A DNA stretch of 64,000 nucleotides, taken from IMG/VR virus record IMGVR_UViG_3300024264_000021, positions 1 through 64,000 of that record; one strand, given 5' to 3'. Every line of letters starts with the position of its first letter. The first letter of the stretch is position 1. The stretch is from an uncultured virus (IMG/VR IMGVR_UViG_3300024264_000021). Taxonomy: Duplodnaviria > Heunggongvirae > Uroviricota > Caudoviricetes. This document shows, piece after piece, positions 45,570 through 56,309 of the stretch. The position numbers and the translations under genes are program-made. The notes under the pieces were generated by a model. It worked only from the letters and a program-made list of their open reading frames with translations. It was not told where the DNA came from and did no database searches.

Positions 45570-45767
45570 TTATTCCTCATCAGTCATATGTTCTAAGTTT
45601 AAAATATCGTCTTCTGTCAAATTATCGTAATCTAATTTATTCAAATTCATTTTTTTATTTTTAGAACTTTTTACAGGATTTTTAAACTTCTCATGTTTCA
45701 TTTCGGAAACAAATTTTTTATAAGATTTCTTAGCTTCCTGTTTTTTACGATATGCTTTATCACGCAT
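45570..45767 (-). CDS. Small hypothetical protein, basic N-terminus and acidic C-terminus
   Basis: 65 aa; GGAG RBS. Confidence 0.65.
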   Translation of the reverse strand: MRDKAYRKKQEAKKSYKKFVSEMKHEKFKNPVKSSKNKKMNLNKLDYDNLTEDDILNLEHMTDEE

Positions 45768-45791
45768 TTTCTATGTTCTCCAATCTTAGTG

Positions 45792-45821
45792 AAAAAATAC
45801 GGCAGTTATAAAAACTGCCGT
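45792..45821 (-). terminator. Rho-independent terminator
   Basis: ACGGCAGTT/AACTGCCGT stem followed by AUUUUUU on the minus strand. Confidence 0.85.
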
Positions 45822-45834
45822 TGACAAATCTTAT

Positions 45835-46494
45835 TTATAGTGATATCGTATCATTTGGACCATATACTCCATTTAGGTCTAATGTATCTAATGCTCTATT
45901 TTCACTATCTACAAATCCTGTTAGACCTGTAATTGCAGTTGGTGTTTGTACTCCAATTGGTCCAACAGTAGCTTCTACTATCAACATAGCAGGTGCTGGA
46001 AATGTAAGTGTTAATGTAGCTGGTGCTTCATCTAACAAAGGTAATTGAAATAATAATCTACCTGTTGTATCTCCAGCTGCAAGCTCATAAACAATACTAC
46101 CTCCCCCGGGTGAAAAATTAGGCATTGGATTACCATCTGTAGTTGTGGCTGCACCTGAAGCCAGTGCTAACACAAATTGAACATTATTGGCTTTATTATT
46201 TTTAAATTGTTCTTCTAAACCAATAACTACATTAAATCCTCTTCTATTTCTTCTGACCAATGTAGCTGATAATGTTTTAATTGTTCCGACATCAGCTACT
46301 AAATTACCAGCACTATCAAAATCTATAATGTTTGATAATCCTGGAATAGTTTCTATTAATTCTGGTGCTGCGGCTGGATTTCCATTTTTCATGAACCAAC
46401 CACCAGGACCTGCAAATGTTTTTGCTTTTTCTTGTGCAGTCATCCACTTTGGTTTTTCTGCTACTTTAGCTAAAAATGCTGCTGAATTTGGCAT
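45835..46494 (-). CDS. Probable virion structural protein
   Basis: Ala/Gly/Thr-rich; KPKW...K..FA...GW...E.I N-terminal motif recalled from T4-like virion proteins; own terminator. Confidence 0.55.
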   Translation of the reverse strand: MPNSAAFLAKVAEKPKWMTAQEKAKTFAGPGGWFMKNGNPAAAPELIETIPGLSNIIDFDSAGNLVADVGTIKTLSATLVRRNRRGFNVVIGLEEQFKNNKANNVQFVLALASGAATTTDGNPMPNFSPGGGSIVYELAAGDTTGRLLFQLPLLDEAPATLTLTFPAPAMLIVEATVGPIGVQTPTAITGLTGFVDSENRALDTLDLNGVYGPNDTISL

Positions 46495-46507
46495 TTAAAT
46501 ATCCTTT

Positions 46508-47026
46508 TTAAGATTGTTTATACTTCTTCATTTTTTTATACAATTTTTTTCTTGTCATTTTAAGAGAAAGTCTTCCTACATAATCTGTAAACACCACGCC
46601 ATTTAAATGATCTAATTCGTGTAAAAAGCCTCTTGCAAAATAATCAGATAATTCTATATTATTTATCAATCCAGTAGTTGTTTGATATTCCACATTAATA
46701 ATTTTTGGTCTTCCTATATTTAGGAATAAATTTGGAAAACTCAAGCATCCTTCTTTTTCATTTACTTTTGTATCGTCTATAATTTCTATAAGTCTAGGAT
46801 TGAACATTACTTGAAATTTGTTATTTTCAATAAAAATACCAAATACACGGTATGGAAATGATAATTGAATTCCTGAAACACCAAATGCTTCCGCTCCTTT
46901 AACGTAATTAAAGATAGTGTTGGCTAATTCAGTTGGGTCATAGGGAGGATTCTTAAAATCAAAAGGATTTGATACTTGTTTAAGATATTCTAAATTATCT
47001 TTTTCAGTGACTAAATTAAAATTCAT
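46508..47026 (-). CDS. def: Peptide deformylase
   Basis: FGVSGIQL, EGCLSFP and HELDHLNG motifs. Confidence 0.93.
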   Translation of the reverse strand: MNFNLVTEKDNLEYLKQVSNPFDFKNPPYDPTELANTIFNYVKGAEAFGVSGIQLSFPYRVFGIFIENNKFQVMFNPRLIEIIDDTKVNEKEGCLSFPNLFLNIGRPKIINVEYQTTTGLINNIELSDYFARGFLHELDHLNGVVFTDYVGRLSLKMTRKKLYKKMKKYKQS

Positions 47027-47812
47027 CTACACCTTTAAGTAATAAAGTGACCAATAAAGTGAATTTTTCTTTTCAATACCTTTTGCATTGTGTGCATCTC
47101 TTAGAGTGGGTATTAAATTAAATAAAAATTTTGTATATCGTATTATTCTATCTTCATATGACTTTAATGAATTATTTAAAAACATTAAGGGGTTACTATC
47201 AAATAATCTCCTAGGACCTCTCCATTCAAGTGTACCAATTGAATGTGTATGAAACAGACCTCTTCTTTTATCATGATTTACATTTTTAATATTTTCAAAG
47301 TTGTTTTTCATTCGCTCATATTCTTTATACATGTATTCTGGATTTGCCCAAAATACATGCTCCATTTTTTCTCCATCAAACACTTTAAAGTTTTTATATT
47401 TTTGAGTTTCAATTAGATAAGCTAAACACATTGCAGAATTGTAAAATGATTTCAATGAGTTTAATTTATCTTTTTTTAATTTAACATGCATATGCAAAGA
47501 GCATGTATTATTTGTAACGATTCTATTTTTATATAAATCAACAAAAAAATTAATTGTTTTTAATATGTTTTTTGGTGTTACAATTAAAGGTTTAGTATTA
47601 ATTTCAAATGGAACAATAGTTTCATAGTATTCATTACCATTATATTCATAATATGAAAGTTCTTTCATATCATCATCTTCTTTTATACTACAATCTCCTG
47701 TGATAAAATACAATCCATATTCTTCTGCAAGTTTTTTAATTTTTATATAATTTGATTCTAATGCAAAACCTTCTATTTCAAATCCAACGTCAAAATCAGA
47801 TTGTAGAATCAT
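47027..47812 (-). CDS. Amidoligase (COOH-NH2 ligase type 2) family protein
   Basis: VGFEIEG, DCSI, FEINT, CSLHMHV and GTLEWR motifs. Confidence 0.75.
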   Translation of the reverse strand: MILQSDFDVGFEIEGFALESNYIKIKKLAEEYGLYFITGDCSIKEDDDMKELSYYEYNGNEYYETIVPFEINTKPLIVTPKNILKTINFFVDLYKNRIVTNNTCSLHMHVKLKKDKLNSLKSFYNSAMCLAYLIETQKYKNFKVFDGEKMEHVFWANPEYMYKEYERMKNNFENIKNVNHDKRRGLFHTHSIGTLEWRGPRRLFDSNPLMFLNNSLKSYEDRIIRYTKFLFNLIPTLRDAHNAKGIEKKNSLYWSLYYLKV

Positions 47813-49545
47813 AATATATTTTCCTTTATAATAGAAAATCCAGTTTTGCGCTCAACATGTAAATTTCTATCAAATTTATCTTGCAATCCATCTGTTCTAT
47901 GTGAAATAACATAAACATTTGTGGAGTCAAGTTCATTTAATAAATCTACAAGTTCTTGTTGAAGAAAAGCATCCGCTGCACCATCCATCACTTCATCTAA
48001 AATTAAAATATTTGTTTTCATTTTTGCTCTCTTTGTAGCAAGATTTCTCCATGAAAACATCATAGCCAAATCAACTCTTAGTTTTTCTCCTTCGCTAAGT
48101 GAAAAATATGAGAATTCATGACCTGAAAAATTTGTAATTTTTTCATTAAATGAATTATCTAATTCAAAATTTAATTTTAATCCAAATCTTTTTAAATATA
48201 ATTCCATATTTTTATTTAATAATCTCAAATACTTATTCATAATTGTAGCTTTAATACCGGTATCTTTTAGTAAAATACTACAATTTTTTTGTATCTCAGT
48301 TTCTTCATTGTAAAATTTTTCATTATACTTTAATTCATTAATAGTCTTTTCTATATCTAAAATTTCTTTTTCAGTTTTATTCACTTTTTCAACATCCAAA
48401 GTACTAGGATTTCTTAATATAGAAATTTTTTCATGATTGTTTTTAATTTTATTTTTTAATGAAAGAATTAAATTTTTTAATTCAACCTGCTTTTTTTTAT
48501 TTGAATCAATATTTTTATTAATTGATATATAGTCTTCTTTTATATTTTTAAAGTCTGTTATTTTTTCAAGGAGTTGTTGAACACCTTCTTTCTTTTCTAG
48601 TATTTTTTCTTTTATTAATTCTATCTGTTTTTTTCTAAAATCTTCTTCTATGTTTTGACAACAAGTTGGACAACTGGAATTTTCAAGAAAAAAGTCATAT
48701 GTTTTCTTTTGAGTTTCAACACCAAACATTATTTTGTTTTTTATTTTTTCATACTTATTTAATTCTCTATCTACAGATAACAAATCATGTTCATCTTCTA
48801 TATGAAGTGTTTCTAATTCTCTTTCTTTTTCCTCTATTTCTAATGTTAGATTTTCATTTTCATTTTTAATCTCATTTATTAAGTTCTCATCAACTGTAGA
48901 AACATTTACATTAGAAAGTGCTTCTAAATGTTCTTTCTTAGAATTTAATAATTCTTCTTTTAAGAAGAGTTGATTGAGAGTAGTTTGTAATTCTGATTTA
49001 GTTTCGGTAATTTCTAATTTCAGATTGTCTGCCATCTTGGTAAAGACATGTAAATTTAAAATATCATCAACAACTAATCTCCTTTCATTTGGTTTTAATC
49101 GCATGAAAGGTATATAATTAGCAGACCCTAAAACTACAATCTGTTGAAATGTTTGATATGTAAAATTTAAAATGTTTTTTTCAAACTCAGATTGTTGATC
49201 TTTTGCAGAAGCATCAATATCTAATTTTTGATCGTTTTTAAAAATTTCAAATATGTTTGGTTTTAATCCTCGTCTAATCAAATATCTTACATTATTTTTT
49301 ACAAATTGTAATTCAACTAAACACTCTTTTCCATTAAACATATTAATAAGTTGCGGTTTGTTAATTTGTCTAAATGCTTTTCCAAAAAGAGAGAATGTAA
49401 TTGTATCAAGTATAGCTGAAGATTTTCCAGAAAAATTTGAGCCTGTGACAAGAGTTGATTTATAATTGACTAAATTAATTTCTGTTGGGGTTGTACCAAA
49501 GGAAAGAAAGTTCTGAAAACGAACTTTTTCAAAAATGATATGCAT
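47809..49545 (-). CDS. gp46: Recombination ATPase gp46 (Rad50/SbcC-like)
   Basis: NFLSFG, GSNFSGKS, CPTC zinc hook, LSEGEK.R.DLA, ILDEV and VISH motifs. Confidence 0.96.
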   Translation of the reverse strand: MHIIFEKVRFQNFLSFGTTPTEINLVNYKSTLVTGSNFSGKSSAILDTITFSLFGKAFRQINKPQLINMFNGKECLVELQFVKNNVRYLIRRGLKPNIFEIFKNDQKLDIDASAKDQQSEFEKNILNFTYQTFQQIVVLGSANYIPFMRLKPNERRLVVDDILNLHVFTKMADNLKLEITETKSELQTTLNQLFLKEELLNSKKEHLEALSNVNVSTVDENLINEIKNENENLTLEIEEKERELETLHIEDEHDLLSVDRELNKYEKIKNKIMFGVETQKKTYDFFLENSSCPTCCQNIEEDFRKKQIELIKEKILEKKEGVQQLLEKITDFKNIKEDYISINKNIDSNKKKQVELKNLILSLKNKIKNNHEKISILRNPSTLDVEKVNKTEKEILDIEKTINELKYNEKFYNEETEIQKNCSILLKDTGIKATIMNKYLRLLNKNMELYLKRFGLKLNFELDNSFNEKITNFSGHEFSYFSLSEGEKLRVDLAMMFSWRNLATKRAKMKTNILILDEVMDGAADAFLQQELVDLLNELDSTNVYVISHRTDGLQDKFDRNLHVERKTGFSIIKENIL

Positions 49546-49582
49546 ATTATATTACCAATGATTTAAAATGTCAAGTCTTTTT

Positions 49583-50650
49583 TTAGGCAAAGACAGTATT
49601 ATATTGATTACTTACTTTAACAAATGTTGTGCATTTTGTCAAGTGTTTTAATTGACTTGCTCCAACATAGGTACAAGCACTACGTAATCCGCCAAGAATT
49701 TCTTGAATGGTTTCAGATACTTCACCACGATAAGGAATTAAAACTTCTCTACCTTCAGAAGCTCGGTAATCTTTCAATCCACCAAAATGTTTTTCATTAG
49801 CTTTCTTGGAACTCATGCCATAGAACTCTATATATTTTTCATCATTTTTTTCTATAATAGTTCCGCCTCCCTCATCGTGACCGGCTAACATTCCACCTAA
49901 CATAACAAAGTCTGCACCACCTGCAAATGCTTTAACTACATCACCAGGACATGTACATCCTCCATCAGCAATAATCAATCCACCTAATCCATGTGCCGCA
50001 TCAGCACATTCCATTACAGCAGATAGTTGTGGATATCCTACTCCAGTTTGTATGCGAGTAGTACAAGCAGAACCAGGACCAATACCCACTTTAACAATAT
50101 CAACACCACTAAGAATCAATTGTTCTGCCATTTCACCAGTAACAACATTTCCAGCAATGATGAACAAAGGATTGTGTCTTCGGAATGTATCATCTGCTTT
50201 TTCATCATATATTCCTCTAAAATCAACTTCACGTATTTTTTTAACAAAATCTACAAATCTTTCACTATATCCGTTAGCCACATCAATACAAACAAATTTT
50301 AAATTTTGACATATACTATAAACATCACAGAACTTACGAAAATCATGATCTGTAATTCCAATACTCATTGCTGTGTGTTGACAATTTATTTTATTAGAAA
50401 AAAATTCAATAAGTTGTGAAGTGTCGTATGTTTTTTTAAGACATGTAAGCATTTTCATTTCACTAAGTTTTTTTGCCATTTCAATTGTACCAACACCATC
50501 CATATTAGCCGCTATAATGGGAACACCAGTCCATTTAATACTAGCATAATTTCTTTCTAAAGAAACTTCATTGCGAGAAGATAGTGTTGACCTTTTAGGC
50601 CGAATAAGAACATCACTATAATCATACTTTACATCATTTTCAATTCGCAT
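49583..50650 (-). CDS. guaC: GMP reductase
   Basis: [59 protein letters not shown] and YRASEG motifs. Confidence 0.96.
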   Translation of the reverse strand: MRIENDVKYDYSDVLIRPKRSTLSSRNEVSLERNYASIKWTGVPIIAANMDGVGTIEMAKKLSEMKMLTCLKKTYDTSQLIEFFSNKINCQHTAMSIGITDHDFRKFCDVYSICQNLKFVCIDVANGYSERFVDFVKKIREVDFRGIYDEKADDTFRRHNPLFIIAGNVVTGEMAEQLILSGVDIVKVGIGPGSACTTRIQTGVGYPQLSAVMECADAAHGLGGLIIADGGCTCPGDVVKAFAGGADFVMLGGMLAGHDEGGGTIIEKNDEKYIEFYGMSSKKANEKHFGGLKDYRASEGREVLIPYRGEVSETIQEILGGLRSACTYVGASQLKHLTKCTTFVKVSNQYNTVFA

Positions 50651-50659
50651 ATATTTCCT

Positions 50660-51025
50660 TCATTTTTTCTCTTTCATTGACAAAAAATATTCAGTAATCA
50701 GTTGACTCAAATAAACATCAGGACTTATTTTTTTCCAAGAACTTATTGTATTTAATACATTATGAAAATCTTCTTCTAATTCAAATTCTATCGCATTTGT
50801 TTTACGATTTATGGCTATTTTTTTTATACCCATTCCTTTAGCAAATCTTACTGCCTTTTTATCATCAGAGAAATAATCAACCATAGTTTCATGAGTAACT
50901 GGGGTTATTTCTTTTTTAGGCGGTAATATAGAATTAGACTTCGGTCTTCTTCTTTGTGAATTAGGAGAAATAGCATTGGGTGCTAAAGATATCGTTTTAG
51001 GAGGATCTGTATTTTTGCGATTCAT
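50660..51025 (-). CDS. Hypothetical protein with possible C-terminal ribbon-helix-helix
   Basis: 121 aa; IEFELEEDFHNVL..IS..KKIS...YLSQLI pattern. Confidence 0.6.
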   Translation of the reverse strand: MNRKNTDPPKTISLAPNAISPNSQRRRPKSNSILPPKKEITPVTHETMVDYFSDDKKAVRFAKGMGIKKIAINRKTNAIEFELEEDFHNVLNTISSWKKISPDVYLSQLITEYFLSMKEKK

Positions 51026-52080
51026 ACTTCCTCTTCTTCAGCTTTTCTTAATAAATTTAATAGTTTATCTTCTAATCTATTTCCAAAAGAAATAGAATTT
51101 TCTTCAATATATTTTCTAACAGTATTTTGACATATTTCTTTTGTATTTTCTTCTTCAAAAGAATCATCAAGATCTTCATTATTAAATATATTTTCCTGTT
51201 CTATTATAATTACGTCAGCAGGATTATGTTGATGTAATCTTTTCATAAAAGTTTCAAATTTTAATTGACTACCTTTTTTATTACATATAACTTTTACATA
51301 CGTATCTCTATATTTTTCAAAATCTATTTTATCAAATTTATTGTCATACTTTATTGTATGAAACATTTGATAAGGATTTTCAATAAATTTTAATTCACCA
51401 GTTTCAAAATTTAACATATGAAATCCTCTCACATCACCATAGTCACCCCATGTTAATTGATATGGATTTCCCAAATACATAATATTTCCTTTTTTACTGC
51501 GATGATGAAAATGACCAGAAAAAACATTTTTTACATTTTTAAAAATATTACTATCAAATTCACCATCAGAATGTACGTGTCCTTTGTACATCTCAAAACC
51601 GTTAATCTCTAAATGACCAAAACAATATTCATGATTTTTTTCTAAAAGTTCAAATGCAATGTCTCTGTTTTCTTCATTTATCCACGGCATCAACAATACA
51701 TCGTTTTCATTTATTCTTACTACTTCAGGTTCTTCGCATATATACACATTCTCAAAATCATTTAATAATAATTTTAATGTGTTCACACGATTAGTATTTT
51801 TATAATATGCTGTATGATTACCAACAATACTATAAACTGTTTTTTCCATATTTAATAATTTTTGATAATATCTTTCTTTAACTTGATCTAATATATTAAA
51901 ATCAATTGACTTTCTTTTATCAAAAGTATCACCAAGGTCTATAATATCTAAAACATCATATTCTTCTAATGCTGGAAAAAATACATCATCATAAAATTTA
52001 AAATAATAATCTAAAAACGTTTGTGAATTATTTCTTACACCAAAATGTTGGTCTGTAATTAATGCCACCCACTCATTCAT
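51022..52080 (-). CDS. gp47: Recombination nuclease gp47 (Mre11/SbcD-like)
   Basis: ITDQHFGVR, LGDTFD.RK, VGNH, GHLE, FSGHFH and YLGNPY motifs. Confidence 0.96.
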   Translation of the reverse strand: MNEWVALITDQHFGVRNNSQTFLDYYFKFYDDVFFPALEEYDVLDIIDLGDTFDKRKSIDFNILDQVKERYYQKLLNMEKTVYSIVGNHTAYYKNTNRVNTLKLLLNDFENVYICEEPEVVRINENDVLLMPWINEENRDIAFELLEKNHEYCFGHLEINGFEMYKGHVHSDGEFDSNIFKNVKNVFSGHFHHRSKKGNIMYLGNPYQLTWGDYGDVRGFHMLNFETGELKFIENPYQMFHTIKYDNKFDKIDFEKYRDTYVKVICNKKGSQLKFETFMKRLHQHNPADVIIIEQENIFNNEDLDDSFEEENTKEICQNTVRKYIEENSISFGNRLEDKLLNLLRKAEEEEV

Positions 52081-52732
52081 TTATTTCCTCCACCTTTTCA
52101 AACATATCTGTTAAATTTTTTCTTTCTTTTTTCTTACGTTGTCGATTTCTTTTCTTTTCCATTTTATCTTCATATTCATTTACATAATTGCGTGTATGGA
52201 TTAACCAATCATCACTCATAATTTTACCATCATAAGTATCATCATATTCCGCTTGAAATGAACTGTCAATTAGTCCATCCATATTATGTAAAGATCTTAA
52301 TTTAAAATAAATTTCTCTTTTTTCTTTTTCAATTCTTCTGACAAAAGCCCATGTAGCAACTTGTGTAAAATATGAAAACGGTTCTGAAGATTTGCGAGGG
52401 TCAAATGAAGATATGTAAAGAATACAATTTTCTATCGCATCACCAATCATATCTTCACTGTGAGTTTGGCTATATTCAATAAAACCTTTTTTACGAATGA
52501 GATTTTTACATATTTTTAAGATACAACTTCCAATAAAATCATCAATAGGAATACGATGTAATAATTCTTTAACTTTCTGATTTAATATAACTTTGTCTGC
52601 AGCATCTCCATTAGCTTTTTCAATCATGTTATAATATTTCTTTTGCTTCGCTTTTACTTTTAATACAGTATCATATCTACTCAACAGATGTTCATAAAAT
52701 TTTTTCTTATCTACAAAATTAGCTTTAGCCAT
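52073..52732 (-). CDS. gp55: Late sigma factor gp55
   Basis: IG.CILKI, DMIGDAIENC, FDP.KS..PFSYFTQ and AFVRRIEKEK motifs. Confidence 0.94.
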   Translation of the reverse strand: MAKANFVDKKKFYEHLLSRYDTVLKVKAKQKKYYNMIEKANGDAADKVILNQKVKELLHRIPIDDFIGSCILKICKNLIRKKGFIEYSQTHSEDMIGDAIENCILYISSFDPRKSSEPFSYFTQVATWAFVRRIEKEKREIYFKLRSLHNMDGLIDSSFQAEYDDTYDGKIMSDDWLIHTRNYVNEYEDKMEKKRNRQRKKKERKNLTDMFEKVEEINE

Positions 52733-52783
52733 TAGAAAATCTCCTTAATTTGTTTTTTTTTAATTTTTTTTTCAAAAAAATAT

Positions 52784-52812
52784 ATTATATCTTAAAATTG
52801 ACAGAATGTCAA
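52784..52812 (-). promoter_or_regulatory. Consensus sigma70 promoter upstream of gp55
   Basis: TTGACA-17-TATAAT; the -35 box is one half of the palindrome TTGACA-gaa-TGTCAA (52798-52812). Confidence 0.8.
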
Positions 52813-54257
52813 GTCTTTAAATTAAATTCATAGTACTTAACATCAAAATCTTCTTCAATGTAATACTTGTATCTTTCTTCAAAGTGAGTAAAAACATAAT
52901 TTTTCTTCGTTGTATATAATTTGTCCGCTATGTCATAGACGGTCGCAACATTTTTAGAATCATGTTTTCGCAAAATTCTACCAACAGACTGTAGCACTCT
53001 AATTTTAGATTTTGTTGGTGAGGAAAATATTACATTATGTAATGCCGGTATATTCACTCCTGTTGAAAATACACCGCTACTTGCTAAAATGATATTATCG
53101 GAATGGTTGTTTCTAACGTGTTGGCGAATGCTCTCACGTAATTCTGCCTTTGTTTCACCGCTCATGAAAAATATATTTTTATCTTCAATCTCTTCTGTGA
53201 TTTGCTCATACAAAATAACTCCATGATTTTCAACATAATTAAACAAAATCAGAGTGTTGCCTTTCAAAGATTTTGCTAAATTAATAATAAAATCATTTCT
53301 TTTCTGGTGAGAGATCAAGTAGGCAATCTCTTCTTGATAGTTCATTTTTGGTGGAGAATTTTTATGATTTAATATCAAACATTTGATTTTTAAATCACTT
53401 AACATTTCATTATCAATCAACTCACTGGTGGTTATAATCTTCTTTGGTTCACCAATTGCACCAATAAGTAACATCTCATGAATCTTTTCTCCAGTCAAAG
53501 TTCCGGTAAGTCCCACTCGGAAATCTGCATGATTACAGTAGTTTAGAATTTTCTGAAGTGTATTTCCAGTAGCTAAATGAGTTTCATCAATAACAACGGT
53601 GTCAAATTGGTCAAACCAATCTCGCTCAAGATTCTGCAGACTTTGCCAAGTTGAAATCATGATTGGTGAAGAAACTTCTTTAGTCCTACCTGCATATACC
53701 TCTTGAACAGATAATTTATCTATATTAATTGCATATTCCTCAAAATCAGATCTCATCTGAGTTACAAGATTAACAGTAGGTACAATCATCAAAACCCTAC
53801 GGTCTAACTCGTAGAATAAACGCATGAGCAAATATATAATAGCAGACTTACCACTACCAGTAGGTGAGACTAAAATGGACCGTTGTTTCTGAACAGCATG
53901 AACAAATGCCTGAATCTGATAGTCTCTAACTTCAAATGGCATTTGTAAATTTTCAATAAATTCTATAGCATTTTCTTCACTAAAATCTACAGGTTCTAAA
54001 GAAAATTCAGATTCAAATTCATATTCTTTAATCTTACAATAATTTTTTAAACGGTGAATTAACCCATAAGGAATAGTTTTTGTTCGCATATTTACTAAGC
54101 GTATTTTACCATCCCATTTTTTAGCTTTAAATTTAGGATGATATCTTGCACTTGGTATAAAATATGAGAAAACATCACTCAATTCATTCATTACGCTTGG
54201 AGAACAAATTAATCTACAATCACTATGATTTAAAAAATTTACATTTATTTTTTCCAT
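52809..54257 (-). CDS. uvsW: UvsW SF2 helicase
   Basis: WDGKIRL, RDYQ, SPTGSGKS, IDETH, GLTGT, FSTGVNI and LQSVGR.LR motifs. Confidence 0.96.
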   Translation of the reverse strand: MEKINVNFLNHSDCRLICSPSVMNELSDVFSYFIPSARYHPKFKAKKWDGKIRLVNMRTKTIPYGLIHRLKNYCKIKEYEFESEFSLEPVDFSEENAIEFIENLQMPFEVRDYQIQAFVHAVQKQRSILVSPTGSGKSAIIYLLMRLFYELDRRVLMIVPTVNLVTQMRSDFEEYAINIDKLSVQEVYAGRTKEVSSPIMISTWQSLQNLERDWFDQFDTVVIDETHLATGNTLQKILNYCNHADFRVGLTGTLTGEKIHEMLLIGAIGEPKKIITTSELIDNEMLSDLKIKCLILNHKNSPPKMNYQEEIAYLISHQKRNDFIINLAKSLKGNTLILFNYVENHGVILYEQITEEIEDKNIFFMSGETKAELRESIRQHVRNNHSDNIILASSGVFSTGVNIPALHNVIFSSPTKSKIRVLQSVGRILRKHDSKNVATVYDIADKLYTTKKNYVFTHFEERYKYYIEEDFDVKYYEFNLKT

Positions 54258-54264
54258 TATACTC

Positions 54265-54726
54265 TCAAATTATTCCATTTTTAATTTTATACAAATCTAT
54301 AAATTTACTAAAATTCCATTTCCAATCTGTAATGAATTTCATACATGTTCTAATTTTTTCAATAGTTAATTCTTTCATTTTTATTTTAGTTTTAATATCA
54401 AGAATTCTACTATCAGAACGTACCATCATATCAATTTCAGGTTTAGTATACGAAATTTGTAACGCTTCTAATTGATATTTCTCAATATCATCATCAGACA
54501 TAGGTTTTTTTGAATAATATAATTTTAATACTTTTTCCATTTGTTCTTGTTTTTTTTGTAAACCATAAAGTTCTTTACAAGCTTCGTAATAGAAATCAGA
54601 GTATTTGTTGTACTTATTTTCAACGCTTAATGTAATCTCATCTAAATTAGATAAATTCTTTGTAATATCTTCATATTTTGGATAGTCGTTGTTCCATTCG
54701 GAAGAAATCAATTCATGGGTAATCAT
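54265..54726 (-). CDS. uvsY: Recombination mediator UvsY (start moved to MITHEL)
   Basis: W..D, KY, YYS, SD..I and W......ID..K pattern; between gp3 and uvsW. Confidence 0.7.
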   Translation of the reverse strand: MITHELISSEWNNDYPKYEDITKNLSNLDEITLSVENKYNKYSDFYYEACKELYGLQKKQEQMEKVLKLYYSKKPMSDDDIEKYQLEALQISYTKPEIDMMVRSDSRILDIKTKIKMKELTIEKIRTCMKFITDWKWNFSKFIDLYKIKNGII

Positions 54727-54745
54727 ATTAACTCCAAAAACAAAA

Positions 54746-55267
54746 TTATTTTTTGACAACTTCCCTTCTGTAAATTGTATAATTAAAAGAAGCTGAAGCA
54801 AGTAGTTCATTAGCATCCGCAGCCATCAAATTCAAACCAGTTAATGTATTGGGTATTACATTATAGAAATGAAATCTATATAAAGGTAGGTTATAACTAT
54901 CATTAATAGTCAAAAATCCATAACTATCAACACCTTCAAATCTTTCTAAATCTTTTCTATCATTAAAACTATCAGGAAATGAAATTGCTCTTATCCAATC
55001 ATGTATTTCAAAATAATTAGCAAAATCTTCCTGCACTAAAAAATTAATATTTAATTGATCAAAAGTAGCTGAATCGGCTCCATGATAAGTTGGATTTAGT
55101 ATAGTTGGAACTATTGGATTGCTTATTGATAATCCAGGTAAATTCACCTCGTTTAACGTATATGTAACATTTGGGAGAATAGAAAATACCATCTCAAAAC
55201 GATTTACTTGAGAAAAATTATTATCTAAATCCCCATTGTTAATACTTAGTAATGAAGGCGCTGACAT
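54746..55267 (-). CDS. gp3: Tail completion / tube terminator gp3-like protein
   Basis: F......LPNV......VNLPG, G.D..FD.L...FLV.ED..NY.EIHDWI and P..L.GL motifs. Confidence 0.85.
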   Translation of the reverse strand: MSAPSLLSINNGDLDNNFSQVNRFEMVFSILPNVTYTLNEVNLPGLSISNPIVPTILNPTYHGADSATFDQLNINFLVQEDFANYFEIHDWIRAISFPDSFNDRKDLERFEGVDSYGFLTINDSYNLPLYRFHFYNVIPNTLTGLNLMAADANELLASASFNYTIYRREVVKK

Positions 55268-55325
55268 GAATTCTCCTAATTTATTTAATATTTTGAACTA
55301 CTTATATTTATGTTTGAAAAAATAC

Positions 55326-55361
55326 TTGATTTTTTCAAACTTTTGTGGTATTCTATAAATA
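55326..55361 (+). promoter_or_regulatory. Overlapping sigma70-like and late promoters at a divergence point
   Basis: TTGATT-17-TATTCT with TGn, then TATAAATA at 55354-55361. Confidence 0.55.
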
Positions 55362-55404
55362 GAATGTAAACTTAAATTAGCTTACTAAAATAAAATAAAG
55401 AAAT

Positions 55405-55656
55405 ATGAAACCATTTATTATACACGATTCCGATATAAAAGTCAATGTTAGTATTCGTTACTCTTCTAATTTAGAACAAAATGAAGTACAAATAATTTCA
55501 AAAAATAATGAATGTTTTATTTTTCCCGAAGAAATTGTAAAAAAAAATATTAGCAAAAACACTTTAAAATTATTAAATGTAGATGATTTTGGAATTTTAA
55601 ATAGTTTCTCTGTAATGAACACTTTTAACCAACACAAGAAAAAAAAATATGAATAA
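55405..55656 (+). CDS. Hypothetical protein
   Basis: 83-aa ORF after the promoter. Confidence 0.55.
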   Translation: MKPFIIHDSDIKVNVSIRYSSNLEQNEVQIISKNNECFIFPEEIVKKNISKNTLKLLNVDDFGILNSFSVMNTFNQHKKKKYE

Positions 55657-55981
55657 TTCTAAAATTTTTCAATTTTCTAAATCGGTAGCACCAATTAAAT
55701 GGACTGGTGAATATGATGGAGTAAAAATAAAAGAAAAAATAGTTTATTCTGATGGTTCTGAATTAGAAATGCTACTTACTTTAAGTAATAATGATATAGA
55801 TTCTATGGAAAATAAATTAAATGATTTATTTCATTTATATGAAGAGGACTATGAAGATATAGATAAAGAAGATATTGATGATGAAAATGACAGTGTATAT
55901 GTAATAGTGGAAGAAAATGGAAATTCATTTCCGATACATAAAGATGTATTGGATATATATATGGAAATGATGGAGACTTAA
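55649..55981 (+). CDS. Acidic hypothetical protein
   Basis: 110 aa; D/E-rich stretch. Confidence 0.65.
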   Translation: MNNSKIFQFSKSVAPIKWTGEYDGVKIKEKIVYSDGSELEMLLTLSNNDIDSMENKLNDLFHLYEEDYEDIDKEDIDDENDSVYVIVEENGNSFPIHKDVLDIYMEMMET

Positions 55982-55987
55982 CAATAT

Positions 55988-56308
55988 ATGGGAACAAGTA
56001 TGTCTGCGTTAGAAGAACTTAGAGATATTAAAAATTTATTACAAGAAATTAATTCAGGCGGAGAAACATATGTTGATTCTGCAGCGGATTATATTAATGC
56101 AAATATTATTTCTGAATTACAAAATAATCCTAATGTTAATATTTTTGAAAAGATTGATAAAGAAGGCGGAGTATATACGCAAGAAGAAGAAACTTGTATG
56201 ATTATATTAGACCTACCAGAAAAATTAGTATTAGAATTATCAATGCGGGCTCATGCGAAAGAAACAACATTAATGAAATATATTGTACAGAAATTAAAGG
56301 AATGTTAA
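55988..56308 (+). CDS. Hypothetical protein with C-terminal ribbon-helix-helix-like motif
   Basis: IILDLPEKLVLELSMRAHAKETTLMKYIVQKL. Confidence 0.65.
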   Translation: MGTSMSALEELRDIKNLLQEINSGGETYVDSAADYINANIISELQNNPNVNIFEKIDKEGGVYTQEEETCMIILDLPEKLVLELSMRAHAKETTLMKYIVQKLKEC

Positions 56309-56309
56309 T

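Noticed and set aside
49546..49574. TTGACA-17-TATAAT directly before gp46
   Set aside because: The -10 box abuts the predicted ATG, so a transcript would start inside the ORF; cannot be resolved without TSS data
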